Shown here: positions 1 to 5,584 of the stretch, piece after piece
Layout of the letters: each line of letters begins with the position of its first letter
How positions within the stretch are numbered: position 1 is the stretch's first letter
Virus record (IMG/VR): IMGVR_UViG_2778261349_000007
Location: 1-6,020 of that record
Length of the DNA stretch: 6,020 bases
From: a virus
Taxonomy: Duplodnaviria; Heunggongvirae; Uroviricota; Caudoviricetes
Strand: one strand, 5' to 3'
The notes under the pieces: model-generated
Databases searched by the model: none
Told to the model about the DNA's origin: nothing
What the model saw: only the letters and a program-made list of their open reading frames with translations
Translations under genes and position numbers: made by a program

Positions 1-1410
1 ATGAAACTGGCACCGAACGTAAAACGATTACCGAAAGACAAATACACCGATGCGATTATTTTTGCGGGTATTGATGCTCATTCATTCGCAGAGCATTACA
101 TCATTGCACAGGCCAAAAAAGCAGGCGATCCAGTCCCTCCCGTTTATCTGGGGCGTTATCAGTTAAGCGAACTGGATAACCTCCAGATTGTTGATGATGG
201 GCGATACAGGGCGACGGTGATACGCGCCGGAAATATTGAAGAGCCGCAGCTGTTAACCATCGCCACGAAACTGGCGATCGCCGGAGTCCAGGAGGCGCGG
301 CTACTTTCTGAAAATTTCGAATTGCTGGAGGAATGGAGCGACCAGCTTCCACGGCTTAGGGAGGCATGGGAACGCGGGGAAAGCCTGGTCATGAAAAAAA
401 TCCCCCAGCGAAAAACCACGCTACCGATGAGCGTTGGATCTACCGGATACGACACACAGCTTGATTACGTGGTAAAGGGGATTATTCCGGCATCGTCGCT
501 TTGCAGCATATACGGGGCGAGCGGTTCCTATAAATCATTCCTTGCCGGATCGTGGGCGTGTCACGTTTCCACGGGCCGCCAGTGGGGAGGCCGCAGGGTG
601 GCGCATGGCGCTGTTCTCTATGTGGTTGGTGAAGGCGGTATCGGCGTTCCGCGTCGTGTAAAAGCCTGGGAGGTTGTGCACGGTGAGCAGGTGAAAAATC
701 TGTATCTGGTAAACCGTCCCATCTTTCCGGCTGTCTCGCTTGATGTTGATGAACTGGTTATTGCTGCCAGTCAGGTGGAGAGGGAAACGGGTAAACCTGT
801 TCGCATGATTATTCTGGATACGCTGGCGCGTTGCTTTGGTGGGAATGATGAAAATGATTCCCGTGATATGGGGGCGTTTATCCGTGGTTGTGACGAACTG
901 AAACGGCGCACAGGGGCCACGGTGCTGGTGGTTCACCATTCCGGCAAGGATGAGACGAAAGGCGCGCGCGGTTCCAGTGCATTTCGTGCTTCGCTGGATG
1001 CTGAATACCGGATACGCAGAGAGGACGCAGGCAGCGAAGCGCTGGTTATCTCATGCACCAAAATGAAGGACGCGGAGGAACTCAAAGAAGCCGCATATGA
1101 CTTACGCGTGGTGGAGCTTTTTACCGACGCTGACGGGGAGTTAATCACGTCGCTGGTGGTGGTGGATAAGCCGCGCCCTCCCGTTGAACTGGAGCGCATC
1201 GAGGAGGCAGGGAACAAGACGGAGAATCACGCCGCGCTATGGCAGTGCATCAGAACACGAACAGCACACGGGGAGGCGTGCACTATCGCCCTTCTCCGCG
1301 ACGATATGAAAAAGCTGGGGTATGAGATGAAGCACTTCCGGCGCTGGCTGTACAAGCTGGAAAATGATGGCGTAATCGTTATTGATGGTGATGACGTGCG
1401 CCCGCTGTAA
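1..1410 (+). CDS. Replication initiator/helicase, RecA-like P-loop NTPase (RepA/AAA_25-like), 469 aa
   Basis: Long ORF with ATG at nt 1 and stop at 1408-1410. Walker A-like GASGSYKS (about nt 514-537), Walker B-like MIILDTLARCF (about nt 805-837), and VLVVHHSGKDE motif typical of RepA/DnaB-type replicative helicases of plasmids, phages and satellites. An N-terminal ~150 aa domain could be the origin-binding part. Iteron origin lies immediately downstream. Confidence 0.75.
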   Translation: MKLAPNVKRLPKDKYTDAIIFAGIDAHSFAEHYIIAQAKKAGDPVPPVYLGRYQLSELDNLQIVDDGRYRATVIRAGNIEEPQLLTIATKLAIAGVQEARLLSENFELLEEWSDQLPRLREAWERGESLVMKKIPQRKTTLPMSVGSTGYDTQLDYVVKGIIPASSLCSIYGASGSYKSFLAGSWACHVSTGRQWGGRRVAHGAVLYVVGEGGIGVPRRVKAWEVVHGEQVKNLYLVNRPIFPAVSLDVDELVIAASQVERETGKPVRMIILDTLARCFGGNDENDSRDMGAFIRGCDELKRRTGATVLVVHHSGKDETKGARGSSAFRASLDAEYRIRREDAGSEALVISCTKMKDAEELKEAAYDLRVVELFTDADGELITSLVVVDKPRPPVELERIEEAGNKTENHAALWQCIRTRTAHGEACTIALLRDDMKKLGYEMKHFRRWLYKLENDGVIVIDGDDVRPL

Positions 1411-1613
1411 AAAGTGGGGAGCAAAAGTGGGGAGCAGTGGGGAATTTAACAAAATTGAAACATAATTACCCACTTTCCCACCTGTATATACCCAAAAAAG
1501 TGGGGAGTAAAAAACATATTGAAAAACATAACGTTAGAATCACAAAAAAAAGAGGTGGGGAGACGGTGGGTAATTTCAAAAAGTGGGGAGCAAAAGTGGG
1601 GAGTGGTGGGGAA
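1411..1613. repeat. Iteron-type replication origin: about 9 direct and 2 inverted copies of AGTGGGGAG-like repeats flanking an AT-rich core
   Basis: Direct copies at 1413-1421, 1425-1433, 1435-1443, 1499-1507, 1553-1561, 1563-1571, 1582-1590, 1594-1602, 1605-1613 (AGTGGGGAG / GGTGGGGAG / GGTGGGTAA variants, 10-12 bp spacing within clusters). Inverted copies inside 1465-1480 (aattacccactttcccacc). AT-rich segment 1445-1550 between clusters. Sits directly 3-prime of the helicase gene. Confidence 0.7.
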
Positions 1614-1864
1614 TGAACAGAAAAACCAGAGATAAGACAGCGCCAAAATATAAAGCGTTAGACATGACAGAGCACGCTTTAAAGGTGGCAATCAGAACGA
1701 TAGACCGCCACGCGGGGGAAGGATACGCGAAAGAACATCCCGACCTGATAAGCGCATTCATGACCACAGCAGCGGCAAACTTTGCCACGCTGACAGAACG
1801 TGAGATTGCCGAAGCGGAACAGGTAACAACCATCAACGTTAAAACCGGAGAGGTGGAATCATGA
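1613..1864 (+). CDS. Hypothetical small protein (83 aa from ATG 1613; the ORF track starts at GTG 1583)
   Basis: ORF in frame from MNRKTRDK...; stop TGA 1862-1864 overlaps the ATG of the next gene (ATGA overlap at 1861-1864), suggesting translational coupling with ssb. Start overlaps the last iterons. No recognisable motifs. Confidence 0.5.
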   Translation: MNRKTRDKTAPKYKALDMTEHALKVAIRTIDRHAGEGYAKEHPDLISAFMTTAAANFATLTEREIAEAEQVTTINVKTGEVES

Positions 1865-2283
1865 CAGCACAGATAGCCGCTTACGGGCGGCTGGTGGACG
1901 ACCCGCAGGTAAAACAGACCAGCAAGGGCACACCGATGACGCTGGTTCGTATGGCGGTATCGCTGCCATGCAGCCAGGCACAGGACGGACAGGCGACGTT
2001 ATGGCTGTCCGTCATCGCATTTGGCAAGCAGGCCGACTTCCTGGCTAAACATCAAAAAGGCGACGTTGCCAGCGTATCCGGCACGATGCAGGTAAGCCAG
2101 TGGACAGGCCAGAACGGCGAAACGCGGCAGGGCTGGCAGGTTATCGCAGACAGCGTAATCAGTGCGAGAACGGCGCGACCGGGCGGCAAAAAAGGCCAGC
2201 AGGGGCAGGCTACTGACGCACTGAACAGGGCAAAACAACAGGCGGGTAACGATGATCCGTACGGGGATAACATACCGTTTTAA
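1861..2283 (+). CDS. ssb: Single-stranded DNA-binding protein (SSB-like OB-fold), 140 aa
   Basis: Translation aligns by eye to the E. coli SSB OB-fold (GRLVDDPQV..., WLSVIAFGKQADFLAKHQKGDVASVSGTMQVSQWTGQNGETRQ...) followed by a Gly/Gln-rich linker and an acidic C-terminal tip ...NDDPYGDNIPF resembling the canonical DDDIPF tail. Followed by a rho-independent terminator. Confidence 0.8.
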   Translation: MTAQIAAYGRLVDDPQVKQTSKGTPMTLVRMAVSLPCSQAQDGQATLWLSVIAFGKQADFLAKHQKGDVASVSGTMQVSQWTGQNGETRQGWQVIADSVISARTARPGGKKGQQGQATDALNRAKQQAGNDDPYGDNIPF

Positions 2284-2298
2284 GCAACGAGTGACAGA

Positions 2299-2321
2299 AG
2301 CCGGAGCAATCCGGCTTTTTT
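2299..2321 (+). terminator. Rho-independent terminator after ssb
   Basis: Stem agccgga (2299-2305), loop gcaa, stem tccggct (2310-2316), then a T run 2316-2321. Confidence 0.7.
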
Positions 2322-2370
2322 ACGGGTCCTCCTGGCGGGGTGGGCCTGAACACGGGGCGGAGGGGCGCGG
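2322..2370 (+). repeat. Degenerate cos-like repeat (cosQ-like acgggtcct retained, cosN core altered)
   Basis: acgggtcctcctggcggggtgggcctgaacacggggcggaggggcgcgg parallels the 4764-4812 cos copy (acgggtcctttccggcatatggacccgttacggggcggcgacctcgcgg), but the 12-nt GGGCGGCGACCT core is replaced by GGGCGGAGGGGCG. The preceding terminator hairpin is also near-identical to the one at 4741-4763. Confidence 0.5.
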
Positions 2371-2502
2371 AAAAAAGCGCATTTTTGTGGTTTTATCGTC
2401 ATCATCATCATGAGCGTAATTTATTGTTTTTAATTGTTTTGATGCAAAAAAGATGATGATTGTGGTTAATTTTCGTTCGACATCTTTGCAGGCAGATAAA
2501 AA

Positions 2503-2535
2503 AGCCCGATAAGGTCAGAGGAAACCTATCGGGCT
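2503..2535. other. Intergenic hairpin (9-bp perfect stem agcccgata / tatcgggct, 15-nt loop) flanked by an A run upstream and T runs downstream
   Basis: Stem arms 2503-2511 and 2527-2535. aaaaaa at 2497-2502 and tttt at 2535-2538 make it terminator-like on either strand. Could be a bidirectional terminator or the 3-prime end of a small RNA. Confidence 0.35.
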
Positions 2536-2616
2536 TTTGCATATGAGGTTTTTTTGGTGCACTGACACACATGATCGGGATAATCATTTCATAATTTGCA
2601 ACACAACTCAACATCA

Positions 2617-2644
2617 TTGCACAAAATGCAATCATGATTATAAT
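2617..2644 (+). promoter_or_regulatory. Candidate sigma70 promoter for the capsid operon (TTGCAC -35 at 2617-2622, 16-bp spacer, TATAAT -10 at 2639-2644)
   Basis: Near-consensus hexamers with 16-bp spacing, about 55 bp upstream of the first capsid-operon ATG (2701). Overlapped by palindromes (ATGATTATAATCAT 2634-2647 and the 32-bp palindrome 2642-2673). Sequence-only prediction. Confidence 0.45.
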
Positions 2645-2673
2645 CATAACTGGATGAACATCCAGTTATGATT
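2642..2673. promoter_or_regulatory. 32-bp perfect palindrome (15-bp arms AATCATAACTGGATG / CATCCAGTTATGATT, 2-bp spacer): operator or leader hairpin/terminator
   Basis: Left arm 2642-2656, right arm 2659-2673, exact reverse complements. Overlaps the candidate -10 and predicted +1. Followed by tttttt (2672-2677) and then the RBS AAGAGGA (2683-2689) of the first capsid-operon gene. Confidence 0.6.
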
Positions 2674-2700
2674 TTTTAAGTCAAAGAGGAATTTCTGACT

Positions 2701-2907
2701 ATGGCAGAAGAGAAAAAAGGCGGGGTGACCGTGTACATAAGCCCCGACATCGTGGAGGCGCTCAAGGAACGCCACCAGCAGAACGTAAAAGCAGGCATCG
2801 CAGCAGGACTTGATCCGCTGGCGATGGTTGAGCCGTCAACAGGCTGGCAGGTACGCGCCTATTTACGCGCGGCGCTGGGCATGAATCAGACGCATGGAGG
2901 TGAATAA
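2701..2907 (+). CDS. Hypothetical small protein (68 aa) immediately upstream of, and coupled to, the major capsid gene; possible scaffold-like or assembly factor
   Basis: RBS AAGAGGA at 2683-2689. Stop TAA 2905-2907 overlaps ATG 2907 of the capsid gene (TAATG). No recognisable motif; the function is inferred only from position. Confidence 0.55.
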   Translation: MAEEKKGGVTVYISPDIVEALKERHQQNVKAGIAAGLDPLAMVEPSTGWQVRAYLRAALGMNQTHGGE

Positions 2908-3962
2908 TGGCAGGCAAAGCAACGGCACTTAACACTAACCAGCTTTTCGCGTACCTGAATCGCGGGGATATTGCGGAATTTAAATTCAGTCCGCTGTTTA
3001 CCACGCTGTTTTTCCCGAACGTGGCGACATTCAACACCCAAAACATCATGCTGGACACCCTGGACATTGAAGAGGTTACGATGTCGGCGTTTTGTTCGCC
3101 TATGGTGGGTAGTCAGGTCCAGCGCGATAAAGGGTACGAAACCAGCACGATTAAACCTGGATACATGAAGCCGAAGCACGAAATCGATCCAACGAAAACC
3201 ATCATGCGCATGGCCGGAGAAGATCCGGCACAGCTTAACGACCCTACCTATCGCCGTATGCGCCTGATTACTGGCAATATGCGCCGCCAGGTAAACGCCA
3301 TAAAAGCGCGCGTGGAATGGCTGGCGGTAAATGCGGTAACGACCGGAAAAAACATCATTGAGGGCGAAGGCATAGAGCGCTATGAAATCGACTGGAAGAT
3401 ACCGGAAAAAAACATCATAGAGCAGGCCAAAGGCCGTAAATGGTCAGAGCAGGACAAAGAAACTCACGATCCAATCTATGATATTGAGCTTTATGCGGAT
3501 CAGGGCAATTGCCCCGCAAACGTCATGATTATGGGCGCTGAGGTATGGCGCACGTTACGCAGCTTTAAAAAATTCCGCGAACTGTACGATCTTTCCCGTG
3601 GTTCAGAATCCGCCGCAGAACTGGCCTGCAAAAACCTGGGCGAAGTAGTGAGCTTTAAAGGCTATCTGGGCGATATTGCCCTTATCGTCTATTCCGGCAA
3701 ATACGCCGACAGCGACGGCACAGAAAAATATTTCCTTGAGCCTGATTTGCTGGTCCTGGGTAACACCAACAATAAAGGGCTGGTGGCCTATGGTGCGATT
3801 ATGGATCAGGAAGCTGTAAGAACAGGCGCAACGCAAAACATGTACTACCCGAAAAACTGGATTGAGGACGGCGATCCGGCGATTGAGTACGTGCAGACGC
3901 ACAGCGCACCGCAGCCGGTTCCGGCAGATATTCGCAAATTTGTTACCGTCAAAATTGGTTAA
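2907..3962 (+). CDS. Major capsid protein, lambda gpE-like (HK97-fold), 351 aa
   Basis: Translation matches remembered lambda gpE along its length: FKFSPLFTTLFF (lambda FKFDPLFLRLFF), PGYMKPKHE (PGYVKPKHE), EDPAQLNDPTYRRMRLITGNMR (EDPQNLADPAYRRRRIIMQNMR), RGSES...LG.VVSFKGYLGDIALIVYSGKY, VLGNT..GL.AYG, YPKNW..GDPA, SAP. Length is close to gpE. Confidence 0.9.
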   Translation: MAGKATALNTNQLFAYLNRGDIAEFKFSPLFTTLFFPNVATFNTQNIMLDTLDIEEVTMSAFCSPMVGSQVQRDKGYETSTIKPGYMKPKHEIDPTKTIMRMAGEDPAQLNDPTYRRMRLITGNMRRQVNAIKARVEWLAVNAVTTGKNIIEGEGIERYEIDWKIPEKNIIEQAKGRKWSEQDKETHDPIYDIELYADQGNCPANVMIMGAEVWRTLRSFKKFRELYDLSRGSESAAELACKNLGEVVSFKGYLGDIALIVYSGKYADSDGTEKYFLEPDLLVLGNTNNKGLVAYGAIMDQEAVRTGATQNMYYPKNWIEDGDPAIEYVQTHSAPQPVPADIRKFVTVKIG

Positions 3963-3973
3963 CGGGGGATTCT

Positions 3974-4309
3974 ATGGACACTCCATACATTGAGTTATTT
4001 GCTGGCAGTCAGCAGGTATCAACGACGCTGGTACATTTTGCCGCTGATGCTGGCGTTATTCAGGAATTTACCCCGCTGATGCTGGCGGACAATGGTGAGT
4101 TTAAGCCGTGGGATGGTCAGGAATCTGGCAAGGCTGTTTATCTGACCTCGTACCCCGTGGACACGTCAAAGCAGAAATCAGCACAGTGTTACAAGACGGG
4201 GATATTTAATATCGCCGCCGTAAACTGGCCTGAGAGCGCCGACACTGACGCGAAAAAATGCGCCGCCTTTGCGGGTTCTGGCGTATCCGTTCAGCCGCTG
4301 GCGCGATAA
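3974..4309 (+). CDS. Head decoration protein, lambda gpD-like, 111 aa
   Basis: TPLMLADNGEFKPWDG, KTGIF...WPESAD..AKK.AAFAGSGVS align by eye to lambda gpD (TPLMLDTSSRKLVAWDG ... KSGTF...[21 protein letters not shown]). Size matches gpD. RBS GGGGGA upstream. Gene order E-then-D is reversed relative to lambda. Confidence 0.8.
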   Translation: MDTPYIELFAGSQQVSTTLVHFAADAGVIQEFTPLMLADNGEFKPWDGQESGKAVYLTSYPVDTSKQKSAQCYKTGIFNIAAVNWPESADTDAKKCAAFAGSGVSVQPLAR

Positions 4310-4321
4310 GCAGGGGGAACG

Positions 4322-4735
4322 ATGGCTACGAATGAAAGCATCATGGCGCTACCGCTGGCGAGTAAATTTAAAGCAGAAGCGCGGGCAATGGCTGACAGAG
4401 GTTTATCAACCTACGAGGCCGTATATCAACTCAACAGACTGGAAGAGCAGGACAAACCGCGCGCTGATGCGATTATGGCACTTGATGAATCTGGCGACTA
4501 TCAGCCGCTGCTACGTGCAATGGCAAACGTGCCTTGTATCGATGTTGGTACGGCTAAAAGCATCCTTAGCATGACCATAGAGCAGGAACGCCAGAAGGTT
4601 GCACCAGAGCTTACCGCAGCCTTTGAAAACTTTATGGACATGCACAGCCCGCAAGCCGTATCAGCAGGCATGGCATACGATGGCAGAAACCCGGGCGATG
4701 ACGGCGACATCGATCGCATACTGAAAACCATCTGA
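4322..4735 (+). CDS. Hypothetical protein (137 aa), last gene of the capsid operon; possible packaging/assembly accessory
   Basis: Good RBS (GGGGGA about 4312-4317). Ends 5 bp before a strong terminator. No motif recognised; no convincing by-eye match to lambda FI, FII or W. Confidence 0.65.
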   Translation: MATNESIMALPLASKFKAEARAMADRGLSTYEAVYQLNRLEEQDKPRADAIMALDESGDYQPLLRAMANVPCIDVGTAKSILSMTIEQERQKVAPELTAAFENFMDMHSPQAVSAGMAYDGRNPGDDGDIDRILKTI

Positions 4736-4740
4736 GACAG

Positions 4741-4763
4741 GCCGGAGAAATCCGGCTTTTTTT
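4741..4763 (+). terminator. Rho-independent terminator after the capsid operon
   Basis: Stem gccgga (4741-4746), loop gaaa, stem tccggc (4751-4756), T7 run 4757-4763. Near-identical to the terminator at 2299-2321. Confidence 0.7.
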
Positions 4764-4830
4764 ACGGGTCCTTTCCGGCATATGGACCCGTTACGGGGCG
4801 GCGACCTCGCGGTTTTTCGCTATTTATGAG
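4764..4830 (+). other. Lambda-type cos site, + orientation: cosQ-like (acgggtcctttccgg), cosN 12-nt core GGGCGGCGACCT (4796-4807), and the start of cosB
   Basis: gttacg-GGGCGGCGACCT-cgcggtttttcgctatttatga matches the remembered lambda cohesive-end region (GTTACG / GGGCGGCGACCT / CGCGGGTTTTCGCTATTTATGA), and ACGGGTCCTTTCCGG matches the lambda right-end cosQ region. Downstream (4831-4940) it diverges from lambda cosB, with no CCGTTCTTCTTC R3-like motif and a GGGTGGTGGTGGTGG run instead. It lies upstream of a Nu1-like gene, as in lambda. Confidence 0.75.
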
Positions 4831-4940
4831 CTTTTTCAGGGTGGTGGTGGTGGTTTTGTTGTTTGCTCTATCTTTATGAATAAAAAGGGAAAGATGCAAG
4901 CAATACACCAACCTGAAGCAGTAATTAAGTTGGTGTATTA

Positions 4941-5483
4941 ATGAAATCGCACCTGATGAACAAAAAAAACATGGCTAAAAGCTGCCGTGTAAGTGCGACA
5001 GCGTTCGACAAGTGGGGAGTAACTCCCGTTGAGCGTAAAGGCCGTGAGGCGTTTTATGATGTTGCCAGCGTGATAGACAATAGGGTTAACAATGCAATTA
5101 GCCAGCTTACAAACGGCAAAGGTGAGATTGATGATGATGAACTTTTACGAGTCAGGATCAGATTACTGACAGCACAGGCAGAGGCGCAGGAACTTAAAAA
5201 CGAGCGCGATCGCGGTGACGTGATTGATACAGAGTTTTGCATGTACGCGCTTTCAAAACTGGCGAGTCAGATTTCATCAATCATGGACAGCCTCCCGCTT
5301 ACTATGCAAAGGAACTTCCCACAGATTACCCCCGCCATGCTGGATAGGCTTAAAAGGGAAGTGGTTAAAGCCTGTAATGCCAGCGCAAAAGCTGCCGACA
5401 ACCTCCCGCAGATACTGGTTGCTTACCTGAATGAAACTACCGGAAACGTGCCGAAGAAGTTGCTACAGAAGAAAGGCGAGTAA
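4941..5483 (+). CDS. Terminase small subunit, lambda Nu1-like, 180 aa (start alternatively at ATG 4956)
   Basis: C-terminal two thirds align closely to remembered lambda Nu1 (LLTAQAEAQELKNERDRGDVIDTEFCMYALSKLASQISSIMDSLPLTMQRNFPQI vs LTRAQADAQELKNARDSAEVVETAFCTFVLSRIAGEIASILDGLPLSVQRRFPEL). The N-terminal DNA-binding region is more diverged (MNKKNMAKSCRVSATAFDKW... vs MEVNKKQLADIFGASIRTIQNW...). No clear SD upstream of either candidate start. Confidence 0.85.
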   Translation: MKSHLMNKKNMAKSCRVSATAFDKWGVTPVERKGREAFYDVASVIDNRVNNAISQLTNGKGEIDDDELLRVRIRLLTAQAEAQELKNERDRGDVIDTEFCMYALSKLASQISSIMDSLPLTMQRNFPQITPAMLDRLKREVVKACNASAKAADNLPQILVAYLNETTGNVPKKLLQKKGE

Positions 5484-5510
5484 CAGACGCGCAATTATTG
5501 AACAAAAATG

Positions 5511-5573
5511 AGAAAGGATCTGATAATGGCATTTTCTGGCTAAAATGCCTCGTGTCAGATCCTTTCTTTTTTT
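5511..5573 (+). terminator. Nested hairpin with T run downstream of the small-terminase gene (likely intrinsic terminator)
   Basis: Outer 13-bp perfect stem agaaaggatctga (5511-5523) / tcagatcctttct (5555-5567). Inner stem ggcatttt (5528-5535) / aaaatgcc (5542-5549) with loop ctggct. Followed by ttttttt (5567-5573). Confidence 0.6.
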
Positions 5574-5584
5574 AATGTTTTCAT

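Noticed and set aside
101-1473. Minus-strand ORFs 101..352, 159..455, 535..939, 933..1217, 1227..1424, 1237..1473
   Set aside because: All lie within or antisense to the well-supported helicase gene (Walker A/B motifs in the + frame). The translations are low-complexity Ser/Thr/Arg-rich with no RBS context. Treated as shadow ORFs.
1583-1612. GTG start at 1583 for the ORF ending at 1864
   Set aside because: The first ten codons would be translated out of iteron repeats (GEWWG). The ATG at 1613 gives a more plausible start, though this remains uncertain.
1411-1613. Possible CRISPR array, because of the short direct repeats
   Set aside because: The repeats are 9-12 bp, irregularly spaced, partly inverted and lack unique spacers of uniform length. 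The pattern is that of replication-origin iterons.
1446-1836. Minus-strand ORFs 1446..1691 and 1576..1836 across the origin and the small + ORF
   Set aside because: They overlap the iteron/AT-rich origin and are antisense to a + ORF that is translationally coupled to ssb. Hydrophobic low-complexity translations and no start signals.
1999-2273. Minus-strand ORFs 1999..2238 and 2052..2273
   Set aside because: Antisense to the SSB gene, which has clear OB-fold homology in the + frame.
2408-2647. Minus-strand ORF (79 aa) in the ssb-capsid intergenic region
   Set aside because: It lies in AT-rich regulatory DNA full of palindromes. The translation is Ile/Met/Cys-rich low complexity with no RBS. 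More likely regulatory sequence than a gene.
2642-2673. LexA (SOS) box interpretation of the 32-bp palindrome
   Set aside because: The core reads CTGG-N8-CCAG, not the CTGT-N8-ACAG LexA consensus. The critical fourth position differs in both half-sites, so LexA control is not supported.
2762-3902. ORFs 2762..3067 (-), 2886..3179 (-), 2971..3168 (+), 3603..3902 (-)
   Set aside because: All are nested in or antisense to the gpE-like capsid gene, whose frame is strongly supported by homology.
4269-4731. ORF 4269..4574 (+) and ORF 4501..4731 (-)
   Set aside because: They overlap the gpD-like gene end and the 137-aa gene in other frames. The 137-aa frame has a strong RBS and a clean terminator. 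The alternatives are Arg/Trp-rich frame shadows.
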